From an uncultured Bacteroidales bacterium (GTDB lineage Bacteria; Bacteroidota; Bacteroidia; Bacteroidales; P3), in assembly GCA_900314725.1 (NCBI GenBank), contig OMWJ01000010.1, positions 63,156 through 127,155 on the forward strand: 64,000 nucleotides of DNA, read 5' to 3'. The notes below the pieces were generated by a model. It saw nothing but the letters and a program-made list of their open reading frames with translations. It searched no databases and was not told where the DNA came from. Numbering within the stretch: the first letter of the stretch is position 1; each line of letters opens with the position of its first letter. The translations under genes and the position numbers were made by a program. Positions 19,602-30,004 of the stretch are shown piece by piece.

Positions 19602-21812
19602 ATGAAAAAAAGAACATTCTTGTATTTATTGTTTGTTGTCTTTGTTTCTTTGCAAGGTTACTCACAAACTCTTTCATCCTCACAAAAGAAAGAATTAATA
19701 AAACAATATGACAAACAAATTAAAGATCTTGCAGAAATATCTTCTGATAAGGTGGATTTATTACCTGTTTATCAATATAGAGTTAATAAAGCTAACGACT
19801 TTATTAACGAAAAAGCCGTCTATAATACCGATAATGAAATATATGCTAAATATTTAGAACTAAAAACTTTATTAAATCATAACAAAGAGTTATTGGAGTT
19901 TCTTACTCCGCGTTCTTCTGAACTATATTATGTAAAGGCTCTTAATTTAATCTCTCAAAACAAAAAGAGCGAGGGGTATTCTCTCTTGCAAAAATCCATA
20001 AGTCTTAATCCTAAAAACGTTATGGCTCATTATGAGTTAGCAAAACTTTCTTCTGATTCTGCACAAATAATAAAAACAACACAGATTCTCAACGATATTC
20101 TTTCAAAAATGAATCCTACGGCAGAAGAAAAGAAGCTTTGTGCAAATATGTTAGTATATACATACGACAAAAATCTTTTGCAATCTATAGCCTTAATAAA
20201 GGAAAAGAAATATGCCTATGCATACGATATTCTTACACAATTAGACGATTTTTGCAAAAAAGATAATATGAATATCTGCCAATCTGCTCTTGTAAAAAAG
20301 AATATTGAAGCTTGCCAACAAGGAATATATAATGACCACATTACTATTACCAAACGAGCCATAAAGATGGGAGAGATGAAAATAGCAAGTGATTTTGCAG
20401 AAAACACATACGACTATTTACAACGCAACAGAGTTGAGTTAAATGACACATCTTCGTTTGACGAAATAGTAACTAAGGTTGTTGATTACTATATTGCTAC
20501 TGCTAAAACTTTACAAGGTGCAAAAAACTCTGAACTTAGAGGAGATATGCTCGCTAAGGCCAGAACACTTTCTGAAATGGTAGGAGGTAAGTTCGAAGAA
20601 AATACTCTTAGGCAGATAGCTCTTTTGCAAGGAACTCTTATTCCAAGTGATACCAAACTTGATTCAATAGAAAATAATGCAAAACCTGAAGGCTATTCTT
20701 TGGACTATGCAGACTACATTAAAGATACTGTTTCTAATCCTGAAGAAGAAGTAACCAAGATAGAAAAAGATTATATTTCATCTTCTGAAAACAAGAATCC
20801 AAAAGAAAGTTTCGCAGTTCAAAGTACAAAAGTAAAGACCATTGATAAAGCAATAGATGACAAGTTTTTTGAAACTCGTACATTTATGCAGGTAAATAAC
20901 TACGAAAAAGCTCTTGAAGTATTAGAAAAAGCAAATCGCTTAGCTAAGATAGAAGGAGACAAGAAAGCCGTAGAGCAAATGTATATACGTGCAATAAGGG
21001 AAATAACTGCTAAACGTATGTCTAATGCAGAGTATGCTATTTTTGAAGGTGATATTCCAAAAGCAGATTCTTTGGTTGCTTTGACTAATGACCTTATTAC
21101 TGAATATAAGATGGAAGAAGACACAGCCATTCAACGTATAATGAACTCTTATCTTCGTGCAATAGACAATAAAGTTTGCTCAAAGAAACAGGACGAAATC
21201 AATGTTTTAGTTTATGATATTTTAGAGTGCATAAGAAAGAATGATTTCTACACTGCAGAAGTATATATTGACAAAGCTATGGAGATAAAGGGCAATAGCG
21301 AATGTCGTTTGGATAAACAGAGAGTTAGGAGTTTGAAACGTCAAATAGAAGAACCATTGCAATATGTCGCAATGAAAGAAAACTGTGAACAGATTCTATC
21401 GGACAAAGACACTATTAAGTATTTTCTTGAGTATGCTAAATTAGAATATTATTACAATACTCACAAACTAAACGAAATGAGCGTTATTCATACTGGTTTG
21501 CGTGAGGTATTAAAAGAAATGAACAACGATGACCTTGCAATCAAGATAGCTGAAAGTCTTATAAAATATCAACAATATGAAGGAGCAATAGAAGCCATTG
21601 GTTCTTTAAAACTAATGGGCTATAAAGCTAAACATACAAAGAAAATACAAAAACGTATAGGACAACTAATGTCAATGCAAGAAGCAAAGCGACAAGATAA
21701 GATTGCACAAAACTACCGCATGGAAGACAAATACAACAATGATAAATGGTTTAAATACTTTTTAAAATCCTATAAAAAGAATTTTATCAAATATCAAAGA
21801 ATGAAATTTTAA
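19602..21812 (+). CDS. Hypothetical secreted, all-helical (TPR-like) protein
   Basis: Long ORF with a signal peptide (MKKRTFLYLLFVVFVSLQGYSQ) and helical-repeat-like composition. I recognise no family. The start is set at 19602; the ORF opens at 19584. Confidence 0.6.
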   Translation: MKKRTFLYLLFVVFVSLQGYSQTLSSSQKKELIKQYDKQIKDLAEISSDKVDLLPVYQYRVNKANDFINEKAVYNTDNEIYAKYLELKTLLNHNKELLEFLTPRSSELYYVKALNLISQNKKSEGYSLLQKSISLNPKNVMAHYELAKLSSDSAQIIKTTQILNDILSKMNPTAEEKKLCANMLVYTYDKNLLQSIALIKEKKYAYAYDILTQLDDFCKKDNMNICQSALVKKNIEACQQGIYNDHITITKRAIKMGEMKIASDFAENTYDYLQRNRVELNDTSSFDEIVTKVVDYYIATAKTLQGAKNSELRGDMLAKARTLSEMVGGKFEENTLRQIALLQGTLIPSDTKLDSIENNAKPEGYSLDYADYIKDTVSNPEEEVTKIEKDYISSSENKNPKESFAVQSTKVKTIDKAIDDKFFETRTFMQVNNYEKALEVLEKANRLAKIEGDKKAVEQMYIRAIREITAKRMSNAEYAIFEGDIPKADSLVALTNDLITEYKMEEDTAIQRIMNSYLRAIDNKVCSKKQDEINVLVYDILECIRKNDFYTAEVYIDKAMEIKGNSECRLDKQRVRSLKRQIEEPLQYVAMKENCEQILSDKDTIKYFLEYAKLEYYYNTHKLNEMSVIHTGLREVLKEMNNDDLAIKIAESLIKYQQYEGAIEAIGSLKLMGYKAKHTKKIQKRIGQLMSMQEAKRQDKIAQNYRMEDKYNNDKWFKYFLKSYKKNFIKYQRMKF

Positions 21813-21829
21813 GTTTTTTAAAATATATT

Positions 21830-21859
21830 TTTGTTTTTCAAATAGTTTTTATAACTTTG
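21830..21859 (+). promoter_or_regulatory. Promoter of pgk: -33 TTTG plus -7 TAACTTTG
   Basis: TTTG at 21830-21833 and TAACTTTG at 21852-21859 are separated by 18 nt. The ATG is at 21899. Confidence 0.5.
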
Positions 21860-21898
21860 CAAAATACAAAATCAAATTATAAATAAAAATCAAACAAT

Positions 21899-23092
21899 AT
21901 GAAGACAATAAAAGATACAAATTTCAAAGGCAAGAGAGTTCTTGTAAGAGTGGATTTCAACGTTCCATTTGACAAACAAGGAAACATAAGTGATGACACA
22001 AGAATAATGGAGGCTATGCCTACTATTAACAAACTTATTTCAGATGGAGCAAGAGTTATTCTTATGGCTCATTTGGGCAGACCAAAAAAGGGTGGTTTTG
22101 AACCTGAACTTACTCTTAAACCAGTTGCTGAATACCTATCCAAGATTATAAAACAAGATGTTGTATTTACCCAAAGTCTTTTGGGCGATGAAGTAACAAA
22201 ACTTGCTAATGCGTTGCAAGATGGACAAGTGATGCTATTAGAAAATATACGCTTCTACCCTGAAGAGACTAAGGGCAATGAAGACTTTGCAAAACAACTT
22301 TCTTTACTTGGTGATGCATACGTTAATGATGCTTTTGGAGCAGCACACCGTGAGCATGCTTCAACTGCAACATTGGCTAAATTCTTCCCTAATGATAAAT
22401 ACTTTGGTCTTTTGATGGAGAATGAAGTAAAGAACTTAAACAAATTAATGAACAATTACGAAAAACCTTTCACTGCTGTTATTGGAGGAAGCAAGATTAG
22501 TTCTAAAATAGGTATATTAGAATCCTTGATAGACATCGCTGACAACTTAGTTATAGGTGGTGGTATGCGTTATACTTTCTATAAAGCGTTGGGACATAAT
22601 GTTGGCAACTCTCTTTGCGAAGACGACAAAATAGATACTGCAAAAGCTTTGATGCAAAAAGCAAAAGATAAAGGTGTAAAACTTTATTTACCTGAAGATA
22701 GTATTGTCGCTGATGATTTTTCTGAAAATGCAAATACTAAATATGTTCCTACTATGGATATTCCTGATGGTTGGGAAGGTATGGATATTGGAGAAAAATC
22801 AATAAAAACATACTGTGATGTTGTTCTTTCTTCTAAAACAATTCTATGGAATGGTCCTATGGGAGTATTTGAAATGAAAAAATTTGCTAATGGTACTTTT
22901 GCTATTGCTAAAGCAGTTGCAGATGCTACTCAAAAAGGAGCTTTCTCTGCAATAGGTGGAGGAGATTCTGTTAGTGCAATAAAAGAAAGCGGCTATGCAG
23001 ATAAAGTTTCTTATATTTCTACAGGTGGTGGAGCTATGTTAGAGTTCTTAGAAGGAAAAGTTCTTCCAGGAATAAAAGCTATAGAAGAATAA
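21899..23092 (+). CDS. pgk: Phosphoglycerate kinase
   Basis: 397 aa with RVDFNVPFD, GRPKKG, VIGGGMRYTF and ISTGGGAMLEFLEG. Confidence 0.95.
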   Translation: MKTIKDTNFKGKRVLVRVDFNVPFDKQGNISDDTRIMEAMPTINKLISDGARVILMAHLGRPKKGGFEPELTLKPVAEYLSKIIKQDVVFTQSLLGDEVTKLANALQDGQVMLLENIRFYPEETKGNEDFAKQLSLLGDAYVNDAFGAAHREHASTATLAKFFPNDKYFGLLMENEVKNLNKLMNNYEKPFTAVIGGSKISSKIGILESLIDIADNLVIGGGMRYTFYKALGHNVGNSLCEDDKIDTAKALMQKAKDKGVKLYLPEDSIVADDFSENANTKYVPTMDIPDGWEGMDIGEKSIKTYCDVVLSSKTILWNGPMGVFEMKKFANGTFAIAKAVADATQKGAFSAIGGGDSVSAIKESGYADKVSYISTGGGAMLEFLEGKVLPGIKAIEE

Positions 23093-23114
23093 TAAACAAA
23101 ACATACTTACACAC

Positions 23115-23152
23115 AAAGAGATGAAACTTGCGTTTCATCTCTTTGCTTTTTT
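23115..23152 (+). terminator. Rho-independent terminator after pgk
   Basis: 13-bp perfect stem AAAGAGATGAAAC / GTTTCATCTCTTT with loop ttgc, followed by gcTTTTTT. Confidence 0.8.
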
Positions 23153-23167
23153 ATCATATACTATATA

Positions 23168-24514
23168 CTATTTTCTGAACCATTTGAAAACTTCTTTCCA
23201 AGTAAGATTTTTGCCATACATAAGTATTCCTGTTCTATATATTTTTGCAGCAAGCATAACAGAACCTGCTATAAAAATCAACATCAAGGCTATAGATACT
23301 ATAAGTTGCCAAACAGGCACACCAAAAGGTATTCTTACTAACATAATAACAGGTGAAGTAAAAGGAATCATACTTAACCACACAGCAATATCCCCTGTTG
23401 GATTACTCATAACCATAGGCACACATATAACAGCAAATATCATTGGCACTGTAACTGGAAGTGTAAATTGAGAATTATCTGTGTCATTATCTAAAAGAGA
23501 ACCAACTGCTCCAAATAAAGAAGCATATAACAAATAACCTAAAATAAAATATATAACGAAAACTCCTATTACTAAAGGAAAGTTAATTGACTGCATATTC
23601 TGAACAGCCTCTTTTACAAAAGAAGAGTCTGTTTTTGACAAATCCATTGCATCAACGCTAACTATTCTTTGATTGATTTGTATTTCTTTCTGTTCTGTAG
23701 GAGAAAATAAATCAGGTTGTGCCACACTTACTCCGCCTACTAAAAGCAAAGTAAAAACTATCCACAACACTATTTGGGTTAATCCCAAAAGAGCAACGGC
23801 AATAATCTTTCCGAATAAAAGATAAACACTCTTTACACTTGATGCTAAAACTTCTACTATTCTACTTGTCTTTTCTTCTCCCACACTTCTCATCACTTGA
23901 CCACCAAACAAAAATATGAAGAAATATATTATAAAAGCAAATATTGCTCCAAGCACTGTCTTCACCTCAGACATAGAACTTTCACCTGTTCTAATATCCT
24001 TTGCATAAAAATCTATCTTAGGATTGTTTATCTGACTAATATCTTCATCTGACATATCATAATTAACCCTTAGCATAGAGTTTTTAAAGATTTGCTTGGT
24101 TTGTTCTTTTATATCACTGCTGGCGTCAATGCTTGGTTCATTATCAGCATAGAAAAGAAAAGATTTTATAGGAGGATTATCATTGGTATTAACAATCTCT
24201 AAAACTCCATCACACAATCCACTTTGCAATAAGGTTTGTGCTTGTTTTATATCATCAGCATATTCAAACAAAAGATTATCATTGTTTTTGAATTTGCCCT
24301 TGAAAAATGATATTGTATCATTTTCTATTACTGTTTTCTCTATTTCATCCACAACAATTATATGATAGCGTTCCTTTGTAGAGTTCTGCAACAACACCGG
24401 GAGAACAATCAACAATGTCATCAAAATAGGTCCCAACAAAGTCATAACAAAAAAGGACTTCTTTTTGATTTTTGACAAGTATTCTCTTTTTATTATTATC
24501 CAAAGTTTATTCAT
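23168..24514 (-). CDS. ABC-2 type transporter permease (NatB-like)
   Basis: An N-terminal TM helix and a large extracytoplasmic loop are followed by 5-6 TM helices. It lies directly downstream of the ABC ATPase gene. The start is set at MNKLWIIIKREY (24514). Confidence 0.75.
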   Translation of the reverse strand: MNKLWIIIKREYLSKIKKKSFFVMTLLGPILMTLLIVLPVLLQNSTKERYHIIVVDEIEKTVIENDTISFFKGKFKNNDNLLFEYADDIKQAQTLLQSGLCDGVLEIVNTNDNPPIKSFLFYADNEPSIDASSDIKEQTKQIFKNSMLRVNYDMSDEDISQINNPKIDFYAKDIRTGESSMSEVKTVLGAIFAFIIYFFIFLFGGQVMRSVGEEKTSRIVEVLASSVKSVYLLFGKIIAVALLGLTQIVLWIVFTLLLVGGVSVAQPDLFSPTEQKEIQINQRIVSVDAMDLSKTDSSFVKEAVQNMQSINFPLVIGVFVIYFILGYLLYASLFGAVGSLLDNDTDNSQFTLPVTVPMIFAVICVPMVMSNPTGDIAVWLSMIPFTSPVIMLVRIPFGVPVWQLIVSIALMLIFIAGSVMLAAKIYRTGILMYGKNLTWKEVFKWFRK

Positions 24515-24527
24515 CTTATTCTCTTTT

Positions 24528-25442
24528 TTAAGCTTTTTGAGTAACTGTATTAATAAATATTTCATTCATTGATGGCAATATTTCTCTATAAGAAAGAATA
24601 TCCATCTTTTTCAACAAGGCAGAAAGAATATTGGCATTCTCTCCTTTTGGAATATTCAGTACAGAAGTACAAAGGCGGTTATCTCCAACTTGTTTAGATA
24701 CTAAAGTTATTCCCATTGGCAATACATCCTCAATTTCATCAGAAGAAGTAATTATTTCGTATTCGTCTCGTTTAAAACTTTGCTTTATATCATTCACCTT
24801 ACCCTGCAATATATTTTTAGCAGAGTTTATCAATACAATACTATCGCAAATTTCTTCTACCGATTCCATATTGTGTGTAGAAAAAATAATAGTTGAACCT
24901 TGCTTCTTTAAATTAAGTATTTCACTCTTTAAAAGATTTGCATTCAAAGGGTCAAAACCAGAAAAAGGTTCATCAAAGATGAGTAGTTTTGGATTGTGCA
25001 TAACCGTAGTAATAAACTGCACTTTTTGCTGCATTCCTTTACTAAGTTCTTCCACTTTTTTATTCCACCAATCTGTAATATCAAACTTATCAAACCAATA
25101 ATCCATTCTCTGCTTTGCAACAGATCCTTTCAAGCCTTTAAGTTCTGCCAAATATAACACAACTTCATTTACTTTCATTTTCTTATATAGACCTCTCTCC
25201 TCTGGAAGATAGCCAACAAAAGAAATATGCTTTTCACTTAGTCTTTCGCCATTAAAGTATATCTCACCACTGTCAGGCATTGTTATCTGATTAATCATAC
25301 GAATGAGTGTTGTTTTTCCTGCTCCATTAGGTCCTAAAAGACCAAAAACTTCTCCCTCTGTTACATTAAAACTAACCTCATCAATAGCTTTCTTTTTTGC
25401 GTATGATTTAGTTACATTTTTTATCTCTAATATATTTCCCAT
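24528..25442 (-). CDS. ABC transporter ATP-binding protein (NatA-like)
   Basis: Walker A GPNGAGKTT, signature LSKGMQQK and Walker B LLIFDEPFSGFD. Confidence 0.9.
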   Translation of the reverse strand: MGNILEIKNVTKSYAKKKAIDEVSFNVTEGEVFGLLGPNGAGKTTLIRMINQITMPDSGEIYFNGERLSEKHISFVGYLPEERGLYKKMKVNEVVLYLAELKGLKGSVAKQRMDYWFDKFDITDWWNKKVEELSKGMQQKVQFITTVMHNPKLLIFDEPFSGFDPLNANLLKSEILNLKKQGSTIIFSTHNMESVEEICDSIVLINSAKNILQGKVNDIKQSFKRDEYEIITSSDEIEDVLPMGITLVSKQVGDNRLCTSVLNIPKGENANILSALLKKMDILSYREILPSMNEIFINTVTQKA

Positions 25443-25531
25443 TATTGTTCTGCTAAGTATTTCAATACAAACTATAACGCAAATATCCTCTATTTATTTC
25501 TTTTGATAATACTAAGGTTAAAAATTATTTG

Positions 25532-25539
25532 TATATTTG
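25532..25539 (+). promoter_or_regulatory. -7 box upstream of the DUF1599 gene
   Basis: TATATTTG lies 22 nt before the ATG at 25562. Confidence 0.45.
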
Positions 25540-25561
25540 CAGTCAGAAAAGGATTAAGAAA

Positions 25562-26107
25562 ATGAATAATACCAGCATAGAATATGACAATGTAATAAAG
25601 AATGCCAGAAATTTGTTTATCAATAAAATGAAAGACTATGGCACTTCTTGGAGAATAATGCGTTTGCCTTCTTTAACAGACCAGATATTCATTAAAGCTA
25701 ATCGGATCAGAAGCATACAAGAAAGCGGAGTTAATCTTGTAGGAGACGACATCAAAGAAGAATTCATTGCTATGCTCAACTATGGCATCATTGCTTTGAT
25801 ACAATGTGAGCTTGGAACAGAATCTACTGAAGAAATAGAAAATGGATTGGCAGAAAAATTGTATGATAAGTATGCAGGACAAACCAAAGAACTTATGATG
25901 AAAAAAAATCATGACTATGGCGAAGCTTGGAGAGATATGCGTATAAGTTCTATGACTGATGTTATTTTAATGAAAATAAAACGCCTAAAACAGATAGAAG
26001 ACAATCAAGGTAAAACCGTTGTTTCTGAGGGAGTAGAAGGAAGTTATAGCGATATAATCAACTACTCTATATTCTGTTTAATTCAGTTGGAAGAAGGAAA
26101 AGAATAA
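25562..26107 (+). CDS. DUF1599 domain-containing protein
   Basis: Two internal repeats: YGTSWRIMRLPSLTDQIFIKANRIRSIQ and YGEAWRDMRISSMTDVILMKIKRLKQIE. The start is set at MNNTSIEY, downstream of a -7 box. Confidence 0.75.
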   Translation: MNNTSIEYDNVIKNARNLFINKMKDYGTSWRIMRLPSLTDQIFIKANRIRSIQESGVNLVGDDIKEEFIAMLNYGIIALIQCELGTESTEEIENGLAEKLYDKYAGQTKELMMKKNHDYGEAWRDMRISSMTDVILMKIKRLKQIEDNQGKTVVSEGVEGSYSDIINYSIFCLIQLEEGKE

Positions 26108-26128
26108 GAAAATGAAAAACCATAAAAC

Positions 26129-26171
26129 AAACTAAGTTTAATAGCCTTCTGCTACTAAACTTAGTTTTTTT
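26129..26171. terminator. Bidirectional terminator between the convergent DUF1599 and DUF4290 genes
   Basis: 12-bp stem AAACTAAGTTTA / TAAACTTAGTTT with a T-run on the + side. The minus side is T-rich. Confidence 0.7.
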
Positions 26172-26179
26172 GTTTCTCG

Positions 26180-26779
26180 CTATTTCTTTTTATTATTCTT
26201 ATTGTTGTTTTGGGGTTTCTTTTTCATTCCCAATAACTCTTTGTTTGATTTAAACTGAAAATCTTCACCAAGCGTTATCTTACCCTCAGATAAAATATTA
26301 ATATGATTTCTTAATATCGTTTCATCACAAGTATTTATATTATATTGCAGGTAAAGTTTCTTCATATGCTGAGCAAGTTCATGTATATGGTTCTGCTTTT
26401 CTTCTCCCTCTTGCATGCTTGCAACTTTCTTTACCAATGCTTCCAAGAAAGTTCCGTATGTACGAAAACTAATATTGTTTTGAGAGTATTTTAATGGTGT
26501 CGGTTTTTCATCTTTTTCTTCTCTAACAGGCTTAGGAAAAGGAAAATCTACATCTAATTTATAGTCAGAAATAATATATAAATGATCCCATAATTTTTGT
26601 TTGTAATGAGGAGTATCTTTACCAACAGGATTCACTTGTCCCATTGCAACAATTATTGTCTGAGCGTATTTATTGCGTTCTTCTCTGTCTTCTATTGTTA
26701 GACAATAATCAACCATCTTTTGTATATGACGCCCATACTCTGGGATAATCATTTTCTTTCGCTGTGTGTTGTATTCCAT
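26180..26779 (-). CDS. DUF4290 domain-containing protein
   Basis: 199 aa. The N-terminus MEYNTQRKKMIIPEYGRHIQKMVDY is typical of this Bacteroidota family, and the C-terminal tail is lysine-rich. Confidence 0.7.
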   Translation of the reverse strand: MEYNTQRKKMIIPEYGRHIQKMVDYCLTIEDREERNKYAQTIIVAMGQVNPVGKDTPHYKQKLWDHLYIISDYKLDVDFPFPKPVREEKDEKPTPLKYSQNNISFRTYGTFLEALVKKVASMQEGEEKQNHIHELAQHMKKLYLQYNINTCDETILRNHINILSEGKITLGEDFQFKSNKELLGMKKKPQNNNKNNKKK

Positions 26780-26825
26780 TTGCAGTCGTTATTTTGAGGA
26801 TACAAAATTACAAAAAATAAAGATT

Positions 26826-27650
26826 CTAACAGAAAATAAATCTAATTTTAAGATAAGCATATACAACAGGTAAAACCAAAAGAAGTATATCAAATCTGTC
26901 AAGTATTCCCCCATGACCCGGAAGAATATTACCCGAATCCTTAACACCTATCTGGCGTTTGAACATACTCTCTGCTAAATCTCCAAAAGTTCCTACTACA
27001 CTTGTTAGGATTGCTATCACTATATAATCCCAAAGCATTAAAGCATCGGAACAAAGAGAAATAACAACACCTGCAACAATCACACTTACAAATCCTCCTA
27101 TGCTTCCTTCCCAAGTTTTCTTAGGGGATATTCTTTCAAAAAGTTTATGTTTGCCAAACTTCATTCCTGTAAGATATGCAAAAGTATCATTACACCAAGC
27201 AAAGATAAAGACAGACATAAGTATCATTGGTGAGAAATCGCCCTTGATATTAATAATTAAAGAAGTTAAAGCCAATGGAACAACAGCATATATTCCTCCA
27301 AGAAAAGTATAAGCGATGTTAGTAAAATGTTCTTTTGCTTTACTATACAGTTCAACTATAAACACAAGTAATGAAACCACTATTAAGGCTGCTAAAAAGA
27401 CAGCAGACAAGTCTTCTTCGCATGATGAACATATTACTATCATAAAATATAATATTATTCCTAAGAGATTTCCTAATAAGACATTAGGTTTAATATTATA
27501 TTTCTTCACATTATGATAGAACTCATTCTGTCCAGCTATTGCAATAATAAAGAAATAGGCAACACACACTATTGGATGTATAAATATTGCTGCAATAACA
27601 CTTAGAACATAAACAAGTCCTGTTATTCCTCTGACTACTATATTTGGCAT
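26826..27650 (-). CDS. cdsA: Phosphatidate cytidylyltransferase
   Basis: Multi-TM protein with the C-terminal signature SMFKRQIGVKDSGNILPGHGGILDRFD. Confidence 0.9.
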   Translation of the reverse strand: MPNIVVRGITGLVYVLSVIAAIFIHPIVCVAYFFIIAIAGQNEFYHNVKKYNIKPNVLLGNLLGIILYFMIVICSSCEEDLSAVFLAALIVVSLLVFIVELYSKAKEHFTNIAYTFLGGIYAVVPLALTSLIINIKGDFSPMILMSVFIFAWCNDTFAYLTGMKFGKHKLFERISPKKTWEGSIGGFVSVIVAGVVISLCSDALMLWDYIVIAILTSVVGTFGDLAESMFKRQIGVKDSGNILPGHGGILDRFDILLLVLPVVYAYLKIRFIFC

Positions 27651-27680
27651 AGTGATAAAAAGTTTTTATTAATTCTTTTG

Positions 27681-27688
27681 CAAAGATA
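27681..27688 (-). promoter_or_regulatory. -7 box upstream of cdsA
   Basis: The minus strand reads TATCTTTG. The ATG is at 27650. Confidence 0.45.
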
Positions 27689-27744
27689 TAACATTTATCC
27701 CAAAGCAAAGCAATAAATAAAAGTTTTCTTGCGTTAAGACTTGT

Positions 27745-28326
27745 ATGGGTAAAGAAAAAATAGGTCTATACTTCGGAAGTTTCAATCCAATTCACAATGG
27801 GCATCTAACTCTTGCTGATTATATCTTAAAAAACACTGAGTTAGAAAAAATTTGGTTTGTTGTTTCCCCTCAAAACCCTTTGAAATCTTTATCATCTCTT
27901 TTGGACAATAAAACAAGATTAGACTTAGTAAAATTAGCAATAGAAGGTAACGAGAATTTCATTGCAAGTGATGTGGAGTTTTTTCTGTCCTACCCTTCTT
28001 ATACTATAAATACGCTTAATTATCTTAGTAATAAATACCCTCAAAAAGACTTTTCCTTGATTATAGGACAAGACAACTTAGTGAATTTTCATAAGTGGAA
28101 AGATAATCAAAAGATTTTGTCTTCATACAATATATATGTATATCCAAGAAAAGACTGTTCTTTTTCTCCTTTACAAGAACACCCAAGTATTCACCTATTA
28201 AACTCTCCCTTATTAGATATTTCCGCAACACAAATCAGAGAGTTAATAAAAAAGGATAAAGACATACAGGCTTTTCTTCCTGAAAAGGTATGCCAAGAAA
28301 TAATAAGAAAAGGATTATACCGATAA
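27745..28326 (+). CDS. nadD: Nicotinate-nucleotide adenylyltransferase
   Basis: GLYFGSFNPIHNGH (HxGH) and ISATQIRE motifs; 193 aa. Confidence 0.9.
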   Translation: MGKEKIGLYFGSFNPIHNGHLTLADYILKNTELEKIWFVVSPQNPLKSLSSLLDNKTRLDLVKLAIEGNENFIASDVEFFLSYPSYTINTLNYLSNKYPQKDFSLIIGQDNLVNFHKWKDNQKILSSYNIYVYPRKDCSFSPLQEHPSIHLLNSPLLDISATQIRELIKKDKDIQAFLPEKVCQEIIRKGLYR

Positions 28327-28331
28327 TGGAA

Positions 28332-28371
28332 TAAAAAAGATACCGATAACCCCAAAAAGATTACCGGTATC
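28332..28371 (-). terminator. Terminator after the POT transporter gene (convergent with nadD)
   Basis: Stem GATACCGaTAA / TTAcCGGTATC (10 of 11 bp). The minus strand is followed by TTTTTT. Confidence 0.65.
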
Positions 28372-28391
28372 GCACTATGAAAAGAAAAATT

Positions 28392-29933
28392 TTATTTTGT
28401 AACTCTTTCAAGCCATTTAACCATTCCAAGCATTACTCCCATAGAAATAACACATACTATAAGGAATACTAACCAACAGTATTGGATTGGCCAAGCGTTG
28501 TACATAACAGGTCCTATCCATATAAGAAGGTTTCCTACTGCTGTTGCTCCAAGCCACAATCCTTGGCATAATCCCAAAAGATGTTTAGGTGCAACCTTAG
28601 AAACAAATGACAATCCCAAAGGAGAGATAAACAACTCTGCAACAGTAAGGAAGAAATAAGTAATGATAAGTACCCACCAATCTGCTTTCATACCTGCAGC
28701 TACTGATTCATCCATTGCTCTAAACTCTTCTCCTGAAGGATAACCTTGACCTGCTGAGAACAACATAAGGAACAAGTAAGCACAACCAGCTATTGCCATA
28801 CCATAAGCAATCTTTCGTGGAGTAGAAATATCTTTTCCTTTTCTTGCTAATGCTGCAAATATCCACATGATTATAGGTGTAAGAACGATTACGAAGAATG
28901 GATTAACAGCCTGCCAAATCTCTGGTGCTATCTTGTCTGTCTTCACGAAATCACGTGCAAAAACTGAAAGTGATTGTCCGTTCTGGTGGAAAGAGAACCA
29001 GAAGAATATTGCTATACCAAGAACTGCAAACAAAGCATACATTCTTTGTTTGATTTCTTTTGCCATTTGTTGTTTCTCTTCTGCTGTATAATTAACAGTC
29101 TCAGTTGCTTCTTTCTTAGCAGGTGTTGGGAATATTTTCTTATTAACAAGGAAAATAATCAAAGATATAAGCATAGCCGCAACGGAAGCAAAGAATGAGA
29201 AATGCACTCCTTGATTGAATACTTCCAAATACTTACTTGGATCAAAACTGCCTGTAAGTGTTGCAGCAGATGAAAGTTCATTATATTTAGCTACTTGGTC
29301 GCCGATGCTACCGTCTATTACCTTGTGGCAAAGTTCTGGAAGGTTGGCATTGTAAACAAAACCATTAACCTTTAACCACCATTGTCTTAACAATGGAGCA
29401 ACAAAAGGAGCTATCAAACCTCCGATATTGATGAATACATAAAAGATTTGGAAACCAGAATCACGCTTTGTCTTTGCTATTCTTAAAGCTTCTTCACCTT
29501 TCTTTGCTTCTTCTATTTCATAATTATCATACATTTGACCAACAATTGCTTGTAGATTACCTTTGAACAGACCATTACCAAAAGCAATAAGTGCTAAAGC
29601 AAGACATGTAAAAGGCAAAAGCCAAGAAATATTGTCAGATGTTGAAGTAATAGGTATAGCTAAAAGGACATAACCTAAAGCCATTACTATCAAACCCTTC
29701 TGAATTGTACCCTTGTAGTTCTGAGTACGGTCCGCAATAATACCTCCGACTAAAGAAAGCACATATATTGCAGCATAGAAAATAGAATAAATTAAACCAG
29801 ATGTGCTATCACTTAGTCCAAACTTAGAACAAAGGAATAACAACAGTACGGCATTCATAATATAGTAGCCAAAACGCTCACCCATATTACTCAAAGCAGC
29901 CGCAACTAAACCTTTTGGATGACTTTTAAACAT
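28392..29933 (-). CDS. Proton-dependent oligopeptide transporter (POT/PTR2 family MFS)
   Basis: 513 aa with the PTR2 signature GERFGYYIMNAVL. There are about 14 TM helices and a central insertion. Confidence 0.9.
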   Translation of the reverse strand: MFKSHPKGLVAAALSNMGERFGYYIMNAVLLLFLCSKFGLSDSTSGLIYSIFYAAIYVLSLVGGIIADRTQNYKGTIQKGLIVMALGYVLLAIPITSTSDNISWLLPFTCLALALIAFGNGLFKGNLQAIVGQMYDNYEIEEAKKGEEALRIAKTKRDSGFQIFYVFINIGGLIAPFVAPLLRQWWLKVNGFVYNANLPELCHKVIDGSIGDQVAKYNELSSAATLTGSFDPSKYLEVFNQGVHFSFFASVAAMLISLIIFLVNKKIFPTPAKKEATETVNYTAEEKQQMAKEIKQRMYALFAVLGIAIFFWFSFHQNGQSLSVFARDFVKTDKIAPEIWQAVNPFFVIVLTPIIMWIFAALARKGKDISTPRKIAYGMAIAGCAYLFLMLFSAGQGYPSGEEFRAMDESVAAGMKADWWVLIITYFFLTVAELFISPLGLSFVSKVAPKHLLGLCQGLWLGATAVGNLLIWIGPVMYNAWPIQYCWLVFLIVCVISMGVMLGMVKWLERVTK

Positions 29934-30004
29934 AGTTTTTATTATTTTAGTTATACTTTAATTATTTATATTTCAGTGTTTTACAATAGAAGTTTTTCTC
30001 CTTT

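Noticed and set aside
23121-23471. A 116-aa + strand ORF after pgk.
   Set aside because: It begins within the pgk terminator hairpin and lies antisense to the C-terminal TM region of the ABC-2 permease gene. The hydrophobic mirror-frame is an artefact.
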